From Lama guanicoe (taxonomy: Eukaryota): DNA of 64,000 bases. The stretch is taken from assembly GCA_013239625.1 (NCBI GenBank), contig MU053594.1, forward strand, positions 2,546,127 to 2,610,126, in the 5' to 3' direction. The translations under genes were made by a program, and so were the position numbers. Shown here piece after piece: positions 11,960 to 23,758 of the stretch; the stretch's first letter is position 1, and every line of letters begins with the position of its first letter. The notes under the pieces were generated by a model. It worked only from the letters and a program-made list of their open reading frames with translations. It ran no database searches and was not told the origin of the DNA.

Positions 11960-13525
11960 AAATACATATTAAAAGTGTGGGGAGATACCGTGAACATATA
12001 TTAGAATGCCTAAGATGAGAAAGACTGACCATGTTCAGTGTTGATGAGGATGTGGAATCACGGAAACTCAGACACTGCTGGTGGAAGTGTAGAATGATTA
12101 AAACCCTTGTGGGAAAGAGTTCGGCAGCTTCTTAAAAAGTTAAACTCACACTCACTATATGATCCTGCCCTTTCACTCCTAGATATTTACCCAAGATAAT
12201 TGGAAGTATGTACACTTAAGACTTGTGTGCAGATGTTCTTAGCAGGTGTGTTTCTAATAGCTGGAAACTGGACACAACCCTGACAACCATCAATAAGTAA
12301 ATGGATAAACATGTGTTTATATTGATAGATACACGATGGTGTATCTACTTGGCAGGAAAAAGGAAAAGAATCATTGATACATGCAACAACATGAATGAAT
12401 CTCAAAATTGCTGAATGAAAGGGCCAGAAGAAAAAGGATGTGTACTTCATTATTCCTTTTACTTGAAACTTTAGAAAATATGAGTAAATCTATTGTAACA
12501 AAACAGTTCAATGGTTTCTAGTGACAGGGGTGGGCAGGGAGGGGAGGGAGAAATTACAAAGTGACACAAGGAAACTTTCGGGCTGATAGGTATGTTCTTT
12601 AAAAAAAACATTTTTATTGATTTATAATCATTTTACAGTGTTATGTCAAATTCCAGTGTAGAGCACAATTTTTCAGTTATACATGAAAAAATATATATTC
12701 ATTGTCACAAAACTACAATGAAGTATCACCTCACACCAGCCATAATGGCCATCATTCAAAAGTCCACAAATGACAAATGCTGGAGAGGCTGTAGAGAAAA
12801 AGGAACCCTCCTACACTGCTGGTGGGAATGCAGTTTGGTGCAGCCACTGTGGAAAACAGTATGGAGATTCCTCAAAAGACTAGGAATAGACTTACCATAT
12901 GACCCAGGAATCCTGCTCCTGGGCATATATCCAGAAGGAACCTTACTTCAAAAAGACACCTGCACCCCAATGTTCATAGCAGCACTATTTACAATAGCCA
13001 AGACATGGAAACAGCCTAAATGTCCATCAACAGATGACTGGATAAAGAAGAAGTGGTATATTTATACAATGGAATACTATTCAGCCATCAAAACTGACAA
13101 CATAACACCATTTGCAGCAACATGGATGTCCCTGGAGAATGTCATTCTAAGTGAAGTAAGCCAGAAAGAGAAAGAAAAATACCACATGAGATCACTCATA
13201 TGTGGAATCTAAAAAACAAAACAAAACAAAATATAAATACAAAACAGAAACAGACTCATAGACATAGAATACAAACTTGTGGTTGCCAAGGGGGAGGGGA
13301 GTGGGAAGGGATAGACTGGGATTTCAAAATGTAGAATAGATAAACAAGATTATACTGTATAGCACAGGGAAATATATACAAGATCTTATGGTAGCTCACA
13401 GAGATATGTTCTTGATCATGATAGTGGTTTCATGGGGGTTCACGTCACCAGTCATCAAATTGCATACTTTAAATATGCACAGTTTATTGTAAGTCAACTA
13501 TGTCTCAATAAAGCTGAACAAAAAG
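11960..13525 (+). mobile_element. Old L1 (L1MB-L1ME age) ORF2 end and 3' UTR, interrupted at 12600-13402
   Basis: Typical 'gatgaggatgtgga...cactgctggtggaagtgtagaatg' through to 'aagtcaactatgtctcaataaagctg'; sequence is continuous across the insertion. Confidence 0.85.
12600..13402 (-). mobile_element. Young lineage-specific L1 with 5' inversion (twin priming): 3' end on minus at 12600-12709, inverted ORF2 C-terminus plus 3' UTR on plus at 12710-13402
   Basis: Uninterrupted ORF2 Cys-rich C-terminus '[34 protein letters not shown]...'; 12610-12709 matches copies at 19488 and 54868; TSD tatgttctt at 12591-12599 and 13405-13413. Confidence 0.93.
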
Positions 13526-13809
13526 TGAAAAAACAAATTACAGCAAACTTTCACCAGGGGCATCAGGAAAATGTAGACTGCAGCCAGGTAAGGTACATAG
13601 GTAGCCCAGTAGTACGTAGAAGAAGGAATCATAATGGTCTCATGATCCCCATTCAATTGGTTTCAATTGTATTTTTAGCTAACAAATGTATGTGTAATTT
13701 GCTGGCAAGCAAGGTGAATTAGATGGTGACCACAAAATCTTTGGTACAGTCACAGCCACAAAAGTAAATGACTAAGTAGGTAAGTCAGATTGTCACTGTT
13801 GGTAATAAT

Positions 13810-13940
13810 AGCACTGACTGAAGAGAGGGCAGACCTGAGTTCTATCCAGAGCTTCTTCTGATGTGTTACTCACAAGCTTCCAGTGCTGGGCTGGGGGAAC
13901 CTCTGTTTCCTGCTCTAAAATGGATGATTATGAATACTAA
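13810..13940 (+). mobile_element. MIR fragment
   Basis: 'agacctgagttcta...aacctctgtttcctgctctaaaatgg' MIR core. Confidence 0.55.
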
Positions 13941-14049
13941 TTGCATAGAGAAAAAGATGCATACAAAACCTCATCCTTGTAAAGCTTCTCTGCTCTAACT
14001 TCTAGCATAGATTGCCTGCCATTTAGACCCCAAATAGATTCTCCTTCTT

Positions 14050-14185
14050 AAACCTGTGGTCTCGATTTTAAATGCAGATTCTGAGGACCCTGCCAAGATA
14101 TTCAGAAAATCTGAGGTCAGGCCGGGGAATATGCATTTTATAGATAGGTGATGTAATGCAGAGGGTCCGAACATCATGCTTGATC
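14050..14185. mobile_element. MER5-family fragment
   Basis: 'aaatgcagattctgagg...ggccggggaatatgcatttta...aggtgat' MER5-like. Confidence 0.55.
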
Positions 14186-15031
14186 TCTAGACAGATGATA
14201 AAAAGGATATCTCATCGCTATCATTTCTCTGAATTATAGACTATTAAATCTAAGAAACAGCTCCTTAGCACTATCTCAGCTTTTAAAATGACAGGCATGG
14301 GTCTTTCAATGTCATATCCCTTCATGAGGAAAACATTTTGTATTTTTTTTATTGTTTTATCCATCAGAAAGTTCAGTCAAAAAATAGAGACACTTTTCAC
14401 AGCATTTATTACTCTATCATCAGCCTTTTAGTTTAGAGATTACTGAAATAATTGCACTATCGGAGGATGGACCCCCTGGTCGGCATCTGCTATAAATTAT
14501 TCTGCAGGCACAATAACCTTGATAAGCTCGTGCACTGGCAATTCAATTTCGAATGTGAGTTGGTGAAGGAACTGAGTACCCTGAGTACAGATTCCAGAAC
14601 ATGCTAGAAATAACCACTACAAGATGTTCTGGAATTGAGCTATAATATTACCTTAATAGATATTGGCAGGCATTCTTTTATTTGATAAAACAAATAAGGC
14701 AGTAAAATGTATTGTATTATTCAGTAAGGGGGAGAGGAAAGCAAAAATCGGTGCAGAGAAAACAAAGAACCTCTTTTGCTTTTAACAGAAGAACGAAAAT
14801 AAGCGCCTGTAAAAGGGGATGCTTCCCACATCTTGACCTCAGCAACCTGCACACTTCTTCCTCCTCTGAATCTCCCGCCCCCCACCATCTCTTCAGCCAA
14901 TCAACTGCAACATTCTCTTTGAACTGCCCTGCATGGCACCTCTCAGCTAGTTTTCTTGGCTCCATTACTTCTCACCTGGGTCAGGCCTTCCTTGCCTCTC
15001 GTCTGACCATTTGCCGCAGCCGAGGATAACG

Positions 15032-15213
15032 CAGTGTGAGTCTCAAAGTGTGGTCTTCACACCACCAGCATCACTTGGGAACTTGTTAGACATGTAGATT
15101 CTCAGGCCCCTCTCCAGACATCCTGAATCAGAAATTCCGGGGGTGGAGCCCAGCAACTTTGGCTTACCAAGTCCTCCAGGTGATCCGATGTGCACTCAAG
15201 ACAGAACCGTTGC
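15032..15213. mobile_element. MER5A hAT MITE
   Basis: 'ctcaaagtgtggtc...cagcatcacttgggaacttgttagacatgtagattctcaggcccc...tgaatcagaaa...caagtcctccaggtgat'. Confidence 0.85.
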
Positions 15214-15494
15214 TCTAACTATTCTCCCCTTTGCTGGGTTCTCCTTGCAGCCATGGTGATTTTACCTACCCTGTCAGATAATTTCTGAAGCACAGATCTG
15301 ATCAGCTCACTCCCTAAGCTAAAGCCCTCCACCCCATCACTGTCATCAATACCAGTAAAAGGTGTCATCTCCTGAGCCTTCCTGTGTGCTGGATTGTGTG
15401 GCTCCCAGCTGGGCATGATAAATACCTGAGAAATGTGTAGTGAATGGATTGTGACCACCCACTGTTTTGTGGTGTCGGGGTGCAGTGGGCCCAG

Positions 15495-15643
15495 CAGTGT
15501 TTCTGAGCCCTGGTTGCACATTGGGAATCACCTGGGGGCTTCATGAAACTGCTCCACCCAGGAACAATTAAACGGGTCTTCCATCATACTTTTTAAAAGC
15601 TCCCTAAGCTGATGTGTGTGAAACTGGGCTTGCGAGCCACCGG
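15495..15643. mobile_element. MER5A1-like MITE
   Basis: 'cagtgtttct...ctggttgcacattgggaatcacctgggg...ttttaaaagctccc...gggcttgcgagccaccg'. Confidence 0.7.
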
Positions 15644-15877
15644 CCTCTGTGACTCCTGCCTTCTGGACCTGCTTCTCCCACAGCCAGGGTCGCTTTGTCC
15701 CCCTGCAGCACCTGCTGCCTTGCCCCTAGCTCTCTCATCAATCTTGTTCTTCGACAAAGGAATGTAAGAAACCTGGGGGCGGTTTCTGGTAAGCTGATTC
15801 AGCATCACATCCTATACTACCCAAATAATGTCTGGAATTTAGAAACTGCCCGGGCTTCTCTATAGCCTACTACCTGC

Positions 15878-16438
15878 CCAGCAACCTGAGTGAGCTTTCT
15901 TAAATCTAAGATCATGGTAGTTCTCTGCTCAGAACCCTCCAGTGGGCTTCCCATCTCATTGACAGTAAAAGCAAAAGTTCACTCAATGACTGATGTATCT
16001 CCTTCGTTTCACTCTACCTCACACACCCATTCACCCACTGCCTCTCTGGTCTCAGCAACTACTACTCTCCCTCTGGCCACACTGATCTCCTCACCTTTCC
16101 TCGGGCACACTCCTGCCTCAGGACCTTTGTACATGCTGGTTCCTCTGCCTGCAATCCTTCTCCCTCACTTAGTCATGTTCCTTCCTCCTTGACCTCTTGC
16201 AGGTCACAGCTGTCATCCTCTCAGTAAGGTCTACCCTGATCACTCTAATATTTCAAACATCTTTCCAGTGTTCCATAACTTTCTTCTCTGCCTTTTTTTT
16301 ATAGTGTTTATTATTTACCTTTAAGTGCAAACTCCATAGGAGAGTTTTGTGTCTTACTCACTGCTGTATCCCCAGTACTTACAACAGGACATGATACATA
16401 GTTGAGTGCTTACTAAATATCGATGGAATAAATGAATG
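15878..16438 (+). mobile_element. L2a 3' region
   Basis: 'ctctgctcagaaccctccagtgggcttcccatctca...ggacctttgtacatgctggttcctctgcctg...taaatatcgatggaataaatgaatg'. Confidence 0.85.
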
Positions 16439-16859
16439 CCTGGCTCCCATGGTCAGGCTGCCAGTCTCCTAATCCATTGAATGGCCTGAGCTCTGTCTTG
16501 ATCCCTAGGTGACCTCTCCTCCACCCCGTGGGATCCAAGACAGGATCCCAGCTCTGCTCTGGCCTGGCTTGCAGGGGCTGTAGAGCTGCTCTGAACACCA
16601 CGCCTCCTAGCCCTGCCTCTACCCTGCCTGCGTTCCTCTGTCAGCCCACATCAGCTCACTCAGCACTACTGCCTATTTTGATAGCTGCCTAATTCTAGGC
16701 GCCATATGTAATCTATACCATTCTGAATGGTATATACTATACCATTCTTGTAGGTGGGCCTAGCCTCCTAGTCTTAGTTTATTCCATTTATCTCTTGAGC
16801 TCCAAGCTCCTTTTCTGACAGAGGATCTGTCATGTATTGGAAAAATCCAAACAAGATTA

Positions 16860-17041
16860 ATTGTTATGTTTATTTATCTATCTGTAGCCCATCCCCCTTG
16901 ACTGTGAGCTCAAGAGATCAGGGATTTCCTTCTACTTGTTGCTCAATATTGTTTCTTCTGTGCCTAGAACAGTGACTGACCCGCTGCAGTCACACAATGT
17001 ATAAATATTTGTTGAATGAATGAATGAATGAATGAATGAAT
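16860..17041 (+). mobile_element. L2 3' end with expanded (TGAA)n tail
   Basis: 'gactgtgagctc...gtgcctagaacagtgactgac...aaatatttgttgaatgaatgaatg...'. Confidence 0.85.
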
Positions 17042-17525
17042 TCCAGTTATTATGTAAGAACTTTGCTGTTACTGCTGACTTCTCAAGTTATAAAAATTAA
17101 ATAAGAAAATCAGCACAAAGCAATGGTCCTGTTTGAGAGAAGTTAGGGAATAAGTGGCCCTGATTCTTGATTAGTTCTTCATCGTTCAAACCCTTTGCTG
17201 CTTGGTCCTGAAAAGGGAGTAAGCAAGAAATAAATCAAATGTGTGGAAAGTCACTTTAGGAATGCTAATAAAGGTACAAAATAACGTAAATAGGGTTTCA
17301 CAGCCATAATACAAAATCAACAAGCGTCCATTGTAAAATGTGACAAATTGGCATCTAGAAGTTTCTAAACATCCAGATGTTAGGTGAGATGTGGCATAAG
17401 CAGGTATGCATTGACATTTTTACTTTCCATGGTGAGACTCAGCCTTAAGGAAATTAGAAGAGACACAAGCTATTTTCTCTTACGTTGGAAAAAAAAAAAA
17501 AGCAATGGGCCCCAATAGCTTTGGG

Positions 17526-17559
<34 letters not shown>

Positions 17560-17710
17560 CAAATTGAAATGAAATATCCGAATCTTCTGATGGTCACAGA
17601 AGTGCTGGTTCTGCCTGTAGCCTCAGACTTGAAAAATAACAGCAATGACCATGCCTCTTACTTGGGGGCACTGCCCAGGAGCCTTACATAGTCTCATTTA
17701 GTCATCTCAA

Positions 17711-18565
17711 TGTAACCGAGCAGGACTGTATTGTCATCAGTGACCATCGGATATCTGTAATGGTGTCTGTAACTGCTTAACTGCATAATGGTTTAAAGGG
17801 TGTTTCTCATGCTCTTGCTGAGCAGGGTTGGGTTGGAAAAGAGGGAGATTTGGGTGGTCCACTCAACCCCCTCATGGTGCTGTGTGCAGGGATCATGCTC
17901 AGTGCCTTGCTCTTGCCTCCAGTGCCCTGCTTCAGACCCCAGTGCCCTCCTCTTAACCCCAACACTTCGGAAACATCAGTTGGGTATTTTGTGCATCTTG
18001 TTGTTCATAACTCACCCCAACTGTGCATATCTGCAGTTGCTTTTGGCCCCTTGTGGTTTCCTTATATTCTGTTGTTCCAGCTGTAGTCCTCAGGCTGCAG
18101 CAGGAGGTTCCAGGTGTCAGCCTGCTTAAAAGGCTAAATGCATTTATCGACCTGACTTTAAAGTACACAAGGTTTTCTCTAGACCTCTTTTCCACAGACC
18201 CCTTTCCTATGCATCCTTTGTTTTAGGTGCAAGAACATTAAAAGAGTCCCAAAGCTGGATGTGAGCTTCATAACCAGCAGGGGGAAGGGGACCACTGCAT
18301 CTGAAAAATAAGGAAAACTTTGCAATAATTTGTTACCCTGTATATAATCTCTATGGAAACTAGCTCTTCCCCTTAAACCCTTGAACTTTTTCTATAAAAC
18401 CCCCTTCCTCCTCCCCCCAGCAGGCTCACGATCTTAGAGGCAGTAGTCCACTGTGACCTCCTTTGCCTGGCAAAGAAATAAAGCTGCCTATTCTACTTCA
18501 TCTGAAACTTTGTCCTCAAGTCTCATTTTGGTAAGTGGGGTATGGGAGGTTGTATTTTGGCAACA
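17711..18565 (+). mobile_element. ERV1-type solo LTR inserted in a minus-strand MIR
   Basis: TG...CA termini (tgtaaccgagcaggac ... ttttggcaaca), TATA 'ctataaaa' near 18392, AATAAA near 18477; MIR-like sequence on both sides; TSD degenerate (tcaa/ccag), so the 5' boundary is less sure. Confidence 0.75.
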
Positions 18566-18769
18566 CCAGTTGCCAACTGAGAAAGCAGTAATCAGCCCCA
18601 GGTAAAAGATAAAAAAAACCCAAGTTCAGCAAAATCTAAGCGACTTTCAGGTGGGAATTAGTGGAGAGAGGAAGGGAAACTCTTCCTTGCCCCTGGCATA
18701 CATGCATCGCCCACCTCCCAGTCTCTGCTCGTGGCACTGGACATACTTACACTAATATATAAGCATAAA

Positions 18770-18882
18770 ATATTTAGTATAAATGTGGGACATACTTGTA
18801 CTAGAAAATCATTTGTTGCTTATCCGAAATTCAAATCTAACTGGTTTTCCTGTGTTTTTATTTGCTCAGCCTGACAATCCCA
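18770..18882. mobile_element. MER53 (palindromic hAT MITE), one arm
   Basis: 'tgggacatacttgtactagaaaatcatttgttgcttatccgaaattcaaatctaactgg...cctgtgtttttatttgct...ctgacaatccc'. Confidence 0.75.
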
Positions 18883-19244
18883 TTCCTGGTGTCTCCTCTG
18901 AAAGAACTATTATTTTGTGCTGTGATATAAAAGGGTTTAATGAAGAATAAAGAATCTGAAGGAAAACTGTCGGAAGTACCAATACATCTTAATCTACCAT
19001 CTCAATGCCTTTTACCAAACTGGGGGTTAAACCCTCCTTATTTGTGAGCCTGTTCCTCCAGATGACAAGCTGCTGGGGAGGTGGGGCTCTCTGCAAGCCC
19101 TGCTCCAGCCTCTGCTCAGTGCCTGGTTTGGGTCTTCACTAGAGGGGCTCCGTCTATTGGGTTTGACCAAACCAAACTGCGCCAACCCAGAGTGGCTGGG
19201 TAGGACAAGGGGGCAGATGCCTGGTGGGGAGATCTGACCTGGCC

Positions 19245-20070
19245 ACTTTAACATTTATTTGTAACCTTAAAATCAGCATTTGTGGCACTTTCATCGTCAT
19301 TCACAGACAAGGGCAGAGCTGTTTGAGTTATGTGCAGATGTTTTTCCAGCTGAGGGGGAACAAGGCAACCTCTGTCTTCTTATTTCAGCTCATACTGAAA
19401 ACAAATGTCCTTGGTGTAGTCAGTACCACTGTTATTATTGCTATTTTTTGTATTTTTGTGCTTTTGTGGTTCATTTCACTTTTTAAAATAAATTTTTTAT
19501 TTTTTTAAACATTTTTTATTGAGTTATAGTCATTTTACAATGTTGTGTAAACTAGTGTAGAGCACAATTTTTCGGTTATACATGAACATACATATATTCA
19601 TTGTCACATTTTTTTTTCACTGTGAGCTACCACAAGTTCTCATATGTATTTCCCTGTGCTATATAGTATAATCTTGTTTATCTATTCTACATTTTGAAAT
19701 CCTGGCATTTCACTATTTAAAGTGGCTGAAAAGTGCAGTGCTGAAGTGTAATGTTTCTAAGCACATATCAGTGTGTCTGATGGAGAAAATAGGTGTCTCA
19801 GATAAGCTCCGTTCAGTCGTGAACCAGTCATGCTGTTGGCTGTGAGTTCAATGTTACTGAATCAAGTATGTATTTGTATATAGACGGCCTTTAAACAGGA
19901 ACGCACATGCAACGAGATATGCATCCATCTGTTGATGAGGGCGTTGTGACCATAGTCTCACAGGAACCTGACCTACCTTTTCCCCGAGGAGCAATGATTC
20001 TGTATTCTCTAATTTAGTGTTAGTGGTGTCTCTATAGAACAGAATTACCATGAATAATAAGGATCACTGT
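19245..20070. mobile_element. MER82 (TcMar-Tigger) element, interrupted by an L1 at 19488-19705
   Basis: 'gctgttggctgtgagttcaatgtta', 'caggaacctgacct...ttccccgaggagcaatg', terminal 'gaataataaggatcactg' match MER82 as recalled. Confidence 0.8.
19488..19705 (-). mobile_element. Young L1 3' end, 5'-truncated (~220 bp)
   Basis: T-rich tail then 'attgagttatagtcattttacaatgttgtg...'; 16-bp TSD catttcactttttaaa (19472-19487) / catttcactatttaaa (19706-19721). Confidence 0.92.
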
Positions 20071-20783
20071 GTATATCCTAATTTTCTCATTTCTAGGATT
20101 GTGACAGGCAATTCGTCCCGCTGGTACAGACAACTTGGGGGTCATGGAGACAGATTACTGAAACACTTTCCTCAAAAGAGGGAAAAAGCTGGTTGACTAT
20201 GATCTTAGAAATGGGAGAGGGATGCTAATGGACTGGCTGGTTTTTCTACACATTGAAGGTGATCTTTGTGAGAAAATACCAGTGCCAAGCCTCCCTGTTT
20301 CTGGCATTTGTTTTTCCTTTACAGACTTCATTTTTATTCTTACTTTTCTAGACGAAACTTTCTTGGCAGCAGGTGGTGGCACTTATGGGATTTTATCTTG
20401 GGATCAGATATATTTTTGTTCTGCTCTTAGAAAATCCAAGAAGAGACAGAGCAACGGATTGCTTCAGAGCTTGACAAGCATAGGGTTAAGGTTCCATGAG
20501 GTTTTTCTTAATCTATCTGGGGAAGGCCAGGAAGAGCCGTTTATCTGTGTCAGTCCCCTTAACCCCATTTTGCCTCAGTGACTCAATCATCTAGGGCACC
20601 GGGTTTTGTTTCTTTTGGGAATTTTAAGGGGGTGTTAGAATTAAATTGCCACCACTTGAACATTTTGTAATGCTGGCTTTTGCAGGAGAGCCTTGGCCAA
20701 GAGGCTCTCATCTCCTGGAGTGAGGCTCAGAGATCCTCGAACAAAACCAGACAGGTTGGTTAGAAGGTGTTCTCTCTTTAAGC

Positions 20784-20870
20784 TCTTCTTTCCTTCCTTC
20801 CTTCCTTCCTTCTTGCCTTCCTTCCTTCCTTCCTTCCTCCCTTCCTCCCTTCCTTCCTTCTTTCCTTTTC
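20784..20870. repeat. (TTCC)n polypyrimidine microsatellite
   Basis: Visible imperfect ttcc/cttc repeats. Confidence 0.95.
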
Positions 20871-21144
20871 TTAAAAGGAAGAATCTGTTATGGAGAAACT
20901 GGCTTCTCAGGTCCTGACTTATGGGGAAGTGTTTGCTCACTGGCAGCACCTTCTCTGAATTCTTTCCACCAGACTCAGCAGACCCAGCCAGAGAGAAGGT
21001 GGTGAAGTGACCCAGCCTTCATTTTGCTGCTTCTTTATTCTACTTCCTTAGTCAAGGTCCCTGGTGTTCATTCCCCATCTTTTCCACTTCTGTTTTTCAA
21101 GGTAAAAAAAAAAAAAAGAAAAAAGACCAGTTGAAAGAGTTTCC

Positions 21145-21650
21145 AAGGGTATAAATTGGTACAGCCATGTTGCAGGGGCGACTGGCAGTATCAAGCAGCA
21201 TTTGAAATGTGCCTGCCCTGTAACCCAGCAATCCCATTTCTAGAAACTCATCCTACAAATAAATGCACAGAAATATATGTACAAAATGATCATAAAGTAC
21301 TGCTTTTAATACGAAAAAATCCAAAAAACTAGAATTAACCTACAGTGCTATGTGTGACATCCATTAAAGAGACTAAAACACTCTCTCTGTACTGACTTAG
21401 AATGATGTCTGGTAACTAAAGACGGCAAGTTGCAGGAAACGCACAGTATAGTCTGGCTGTGTAGGAGGCACATGTGTGCACAGGGAACGTATGCAAGGGT
21501 AATAGCAACCTGTTGGTAATGGTCATCTTGGTAGCCATTTGAATTGGATACGAGGGGTTGAGGGGGAGCGGAGAAGCCGAGGGGTGCTTTTAATTTGTAT
21601 TTTATGTATTTTACTGTTTATTCCAATTAACATATGTTACTTTCTAAATG
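21145..21650 (+). mobile_element. Old L1ME 3' region
   Basis: 'gtataaattggtacagcca...aacccagcaatcccatttctagaaa..catccta'. Confidence 0.7.
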
Positions 21651-22343
21651 CTGCAAAAACTCATTTTATGAACGTTTCCCAGAAGTTTTACTTTCCCTTC
21701 CAGGAGCTGCCATGGAGAGTCACTTACATCTTGACATCTCAGGGGTGCCATGTTGTGCTTCCTCATTATCCATTTCAGGGGTGCTGGAGAGGTTTAAATG
21801 CTTTCCACCTCATTCCTGAGTGACTGTATACGGGTGTCTGTGACACGCCAACAAATGGGTATGGAGAACGTGTACCCATGACAAGAGCAGCTGCCAAGAA
21901 GTGAGGTCCAGGCAGATGGGGCCCCGTTGGTGCGGAGGAGCTGGGAGCTCAATGGTGACCACATATTCACTAAACCTTAATGACCTTGACCAATGTGATT
22001 GGTCCTGAAACAGCACTGCTGAAAACTTGTCCTTGACAGATGGCGGGAGCAAGAAAAAGGGCAATTAAAATGCTGCACTGGCCTGAAACCAGGAGAATTC
22101 CAGACACTCTGCTTTCAACAGTTGTATCCACAATCACTTCAAAAAGATATTCGAGGCCTAGTCAGCATATTCATTGAAATGGCATAATTAATTATGTGCT
22201 TTGTAAAAATAAACATTCTTTGAGCTTTAATTGATTCATTCATTCAACAAGCATTTACAGAGTCCCTACTACACGCTAAGCAGTAGGTATGATTTAAATA
22301 TGAAATAGATTATTCAGTTGTGCTTAGGAAAGCCCACAGGGAA

Positions 22344-22520
22344 AAACCTCTGTACTGTTTTCCACAGTGGCTACACCAATTTACATCCCCACCGACAGTG
22401 TACGAGAGTTCCCCTTTCTCCATATCCTTGCCTACATTTGTTATCTGCATTTTTGGATGATAGCCATTCTGAGAGGAGTGAGGTGACACCTCCTCATGGT
22501 TTTGATTTGCATTTCCCTGA
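22344..22520 (-). mobile_element. Internal L1 ORF2 3' fragment
   Basis: 'actgttttccacagtggctacaccaatttacat...gatagccattctg...ttttgatttgcatttccctga'; minus ORF shows '[30 protein letters not shown]'. Confidence 0.85.
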
Positions 22521-22724
22521 GTTCCATTCGTTTGTTCTCCACCCCCGCCTTTAGTTCTTATAGTCATTTTTCCATTCATCTCCCTGCAAATACTTATTAA
22601 GAGGAACCATATGGTAAACCCTGGGCTTGTTGGTGAAGACAAAAAGGTATTCTTCCAACCAGCAAGGACCTCACGGCCTCATAGGGGAGACAGCCACGCC
22701 CTTCAGAATGCATCCCTGACACGT

Positions 22725-23368
22725 CCACCTCTCCCCAGATCTACTGCTTGCATCTGAGTCCAGGGCCCTCTCTTCTGTCCTCTGGATGAACTGGTCCTCC
22801 TGCTGCTACTCTTGTTCCCTACAATCCCCTTCCCTCACAGTAACCAGAAGAATTGTTAAAAGAATCCAAGTCAGATCATGTCACTGCCCTGCTAAAAACC
22901 TTCCAGTCACTTCCCAGTGAATTTGAAATAAGGTTCGAAAGCATGGTCTGCCAGCATCAGTTGGCCTCTGTCCCTTCCGTCCATCTGACATCATCCTCCT
23001 GGGTGCTCGAACTCCTGTCACTCCAGCCTCCTTTCTGCAGCTCATCCTCTGTCAGGGTCTCAGGATTGGCTCCACTTCGGCCTGAGCAATCCTCAGATCT
23101 TTGCATGACTCCTGTGGCTTCAGCACAGATGCTCCTGACGTAGACAGGCCTTTCCTCACTGCCATCTTTAACATATGCCTCTTCTAACTTCTCGGTGTCA
23201 CACTGCCCCGTTTTAGTTTTCATGGCATTTATTGCCATCTGAAAACATCTTATTTATACCTTTACTGGTTTTTTTTTTGTAAACAGAGACTGAACTGTCT
23301 TGTGCCCTCTGTATTTCCTGGGCACAGGCCAGTATCAACATGTATTTGTGGAATACATGAATGAATAT
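22725..23368 (+). mobile_element. L2a 3' region
   Basis: 'aagtcagatcatgtcactgccctgctaaaaaccttccagtcacttcc' ending 'atttgtggaatacatgaatgaat'. Confidence 0.8.
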
Positions 23369-23646
23369 ACGTCACAGAAGTATCAGTGTATATTTGCACC
23401 ATCCCTCTGTACTGGCCATGGTGTTTGTAGATTAAGCCGAACACTAACAGAAATATGTCTGTTCACAGAGGTATAAGAGAAGACTGGCTAGAGATTTGTA
23501 ATCCTCTATCCATCCAGGGTATCTGTAATCAGTGGTTTGTTACCTTTTTATGATCTTTTGTGGATCAGAATAAAGCCCTGAACTCTGAGTAGGAAAAGAC
23601 GCATTTGCACATGCACCAATTTCCCACACAATTTCAGTGGGTTATG

Positions 23647-23758
23647 TAGGGTGACCAACTGCCCAGCGTGTCCAGGTCTGTGAGGTTTCCGGGGACACAG
23701 GGCTTTCAGTGCTAATAGCAGGACAGTCCTGGGAAAACTGGAAGAGTTGGCCACCCTA
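23647..23758. mobile_element. MER81-like hAT-Blackjack MITE, nested in another probable hAT fragment (from about 23530)
   Basis: TIRs tagggtgaccaact / agttggccacccta, 112 bp. Confidence 0.85.

Noticed and set aside
12643..13212. Longest ORF (189 aa) as a host gene
   Set aside because: It is the L1 ORF2 C-terminus fused by the inversion to antisense L1 UTR
18272..18290. CTCF-like motifs (also near 20366 and 52578)
   Set aside because: Mismatches at core positions; not distinguishable from chance without ChIP or conservation data
20641..20949. Repetitive Lys/Glu/Gly/Arg ORFs (also 60672-60953)
   Set aside because: Translations of (TTCC)n/(TTTC)n microsatellites
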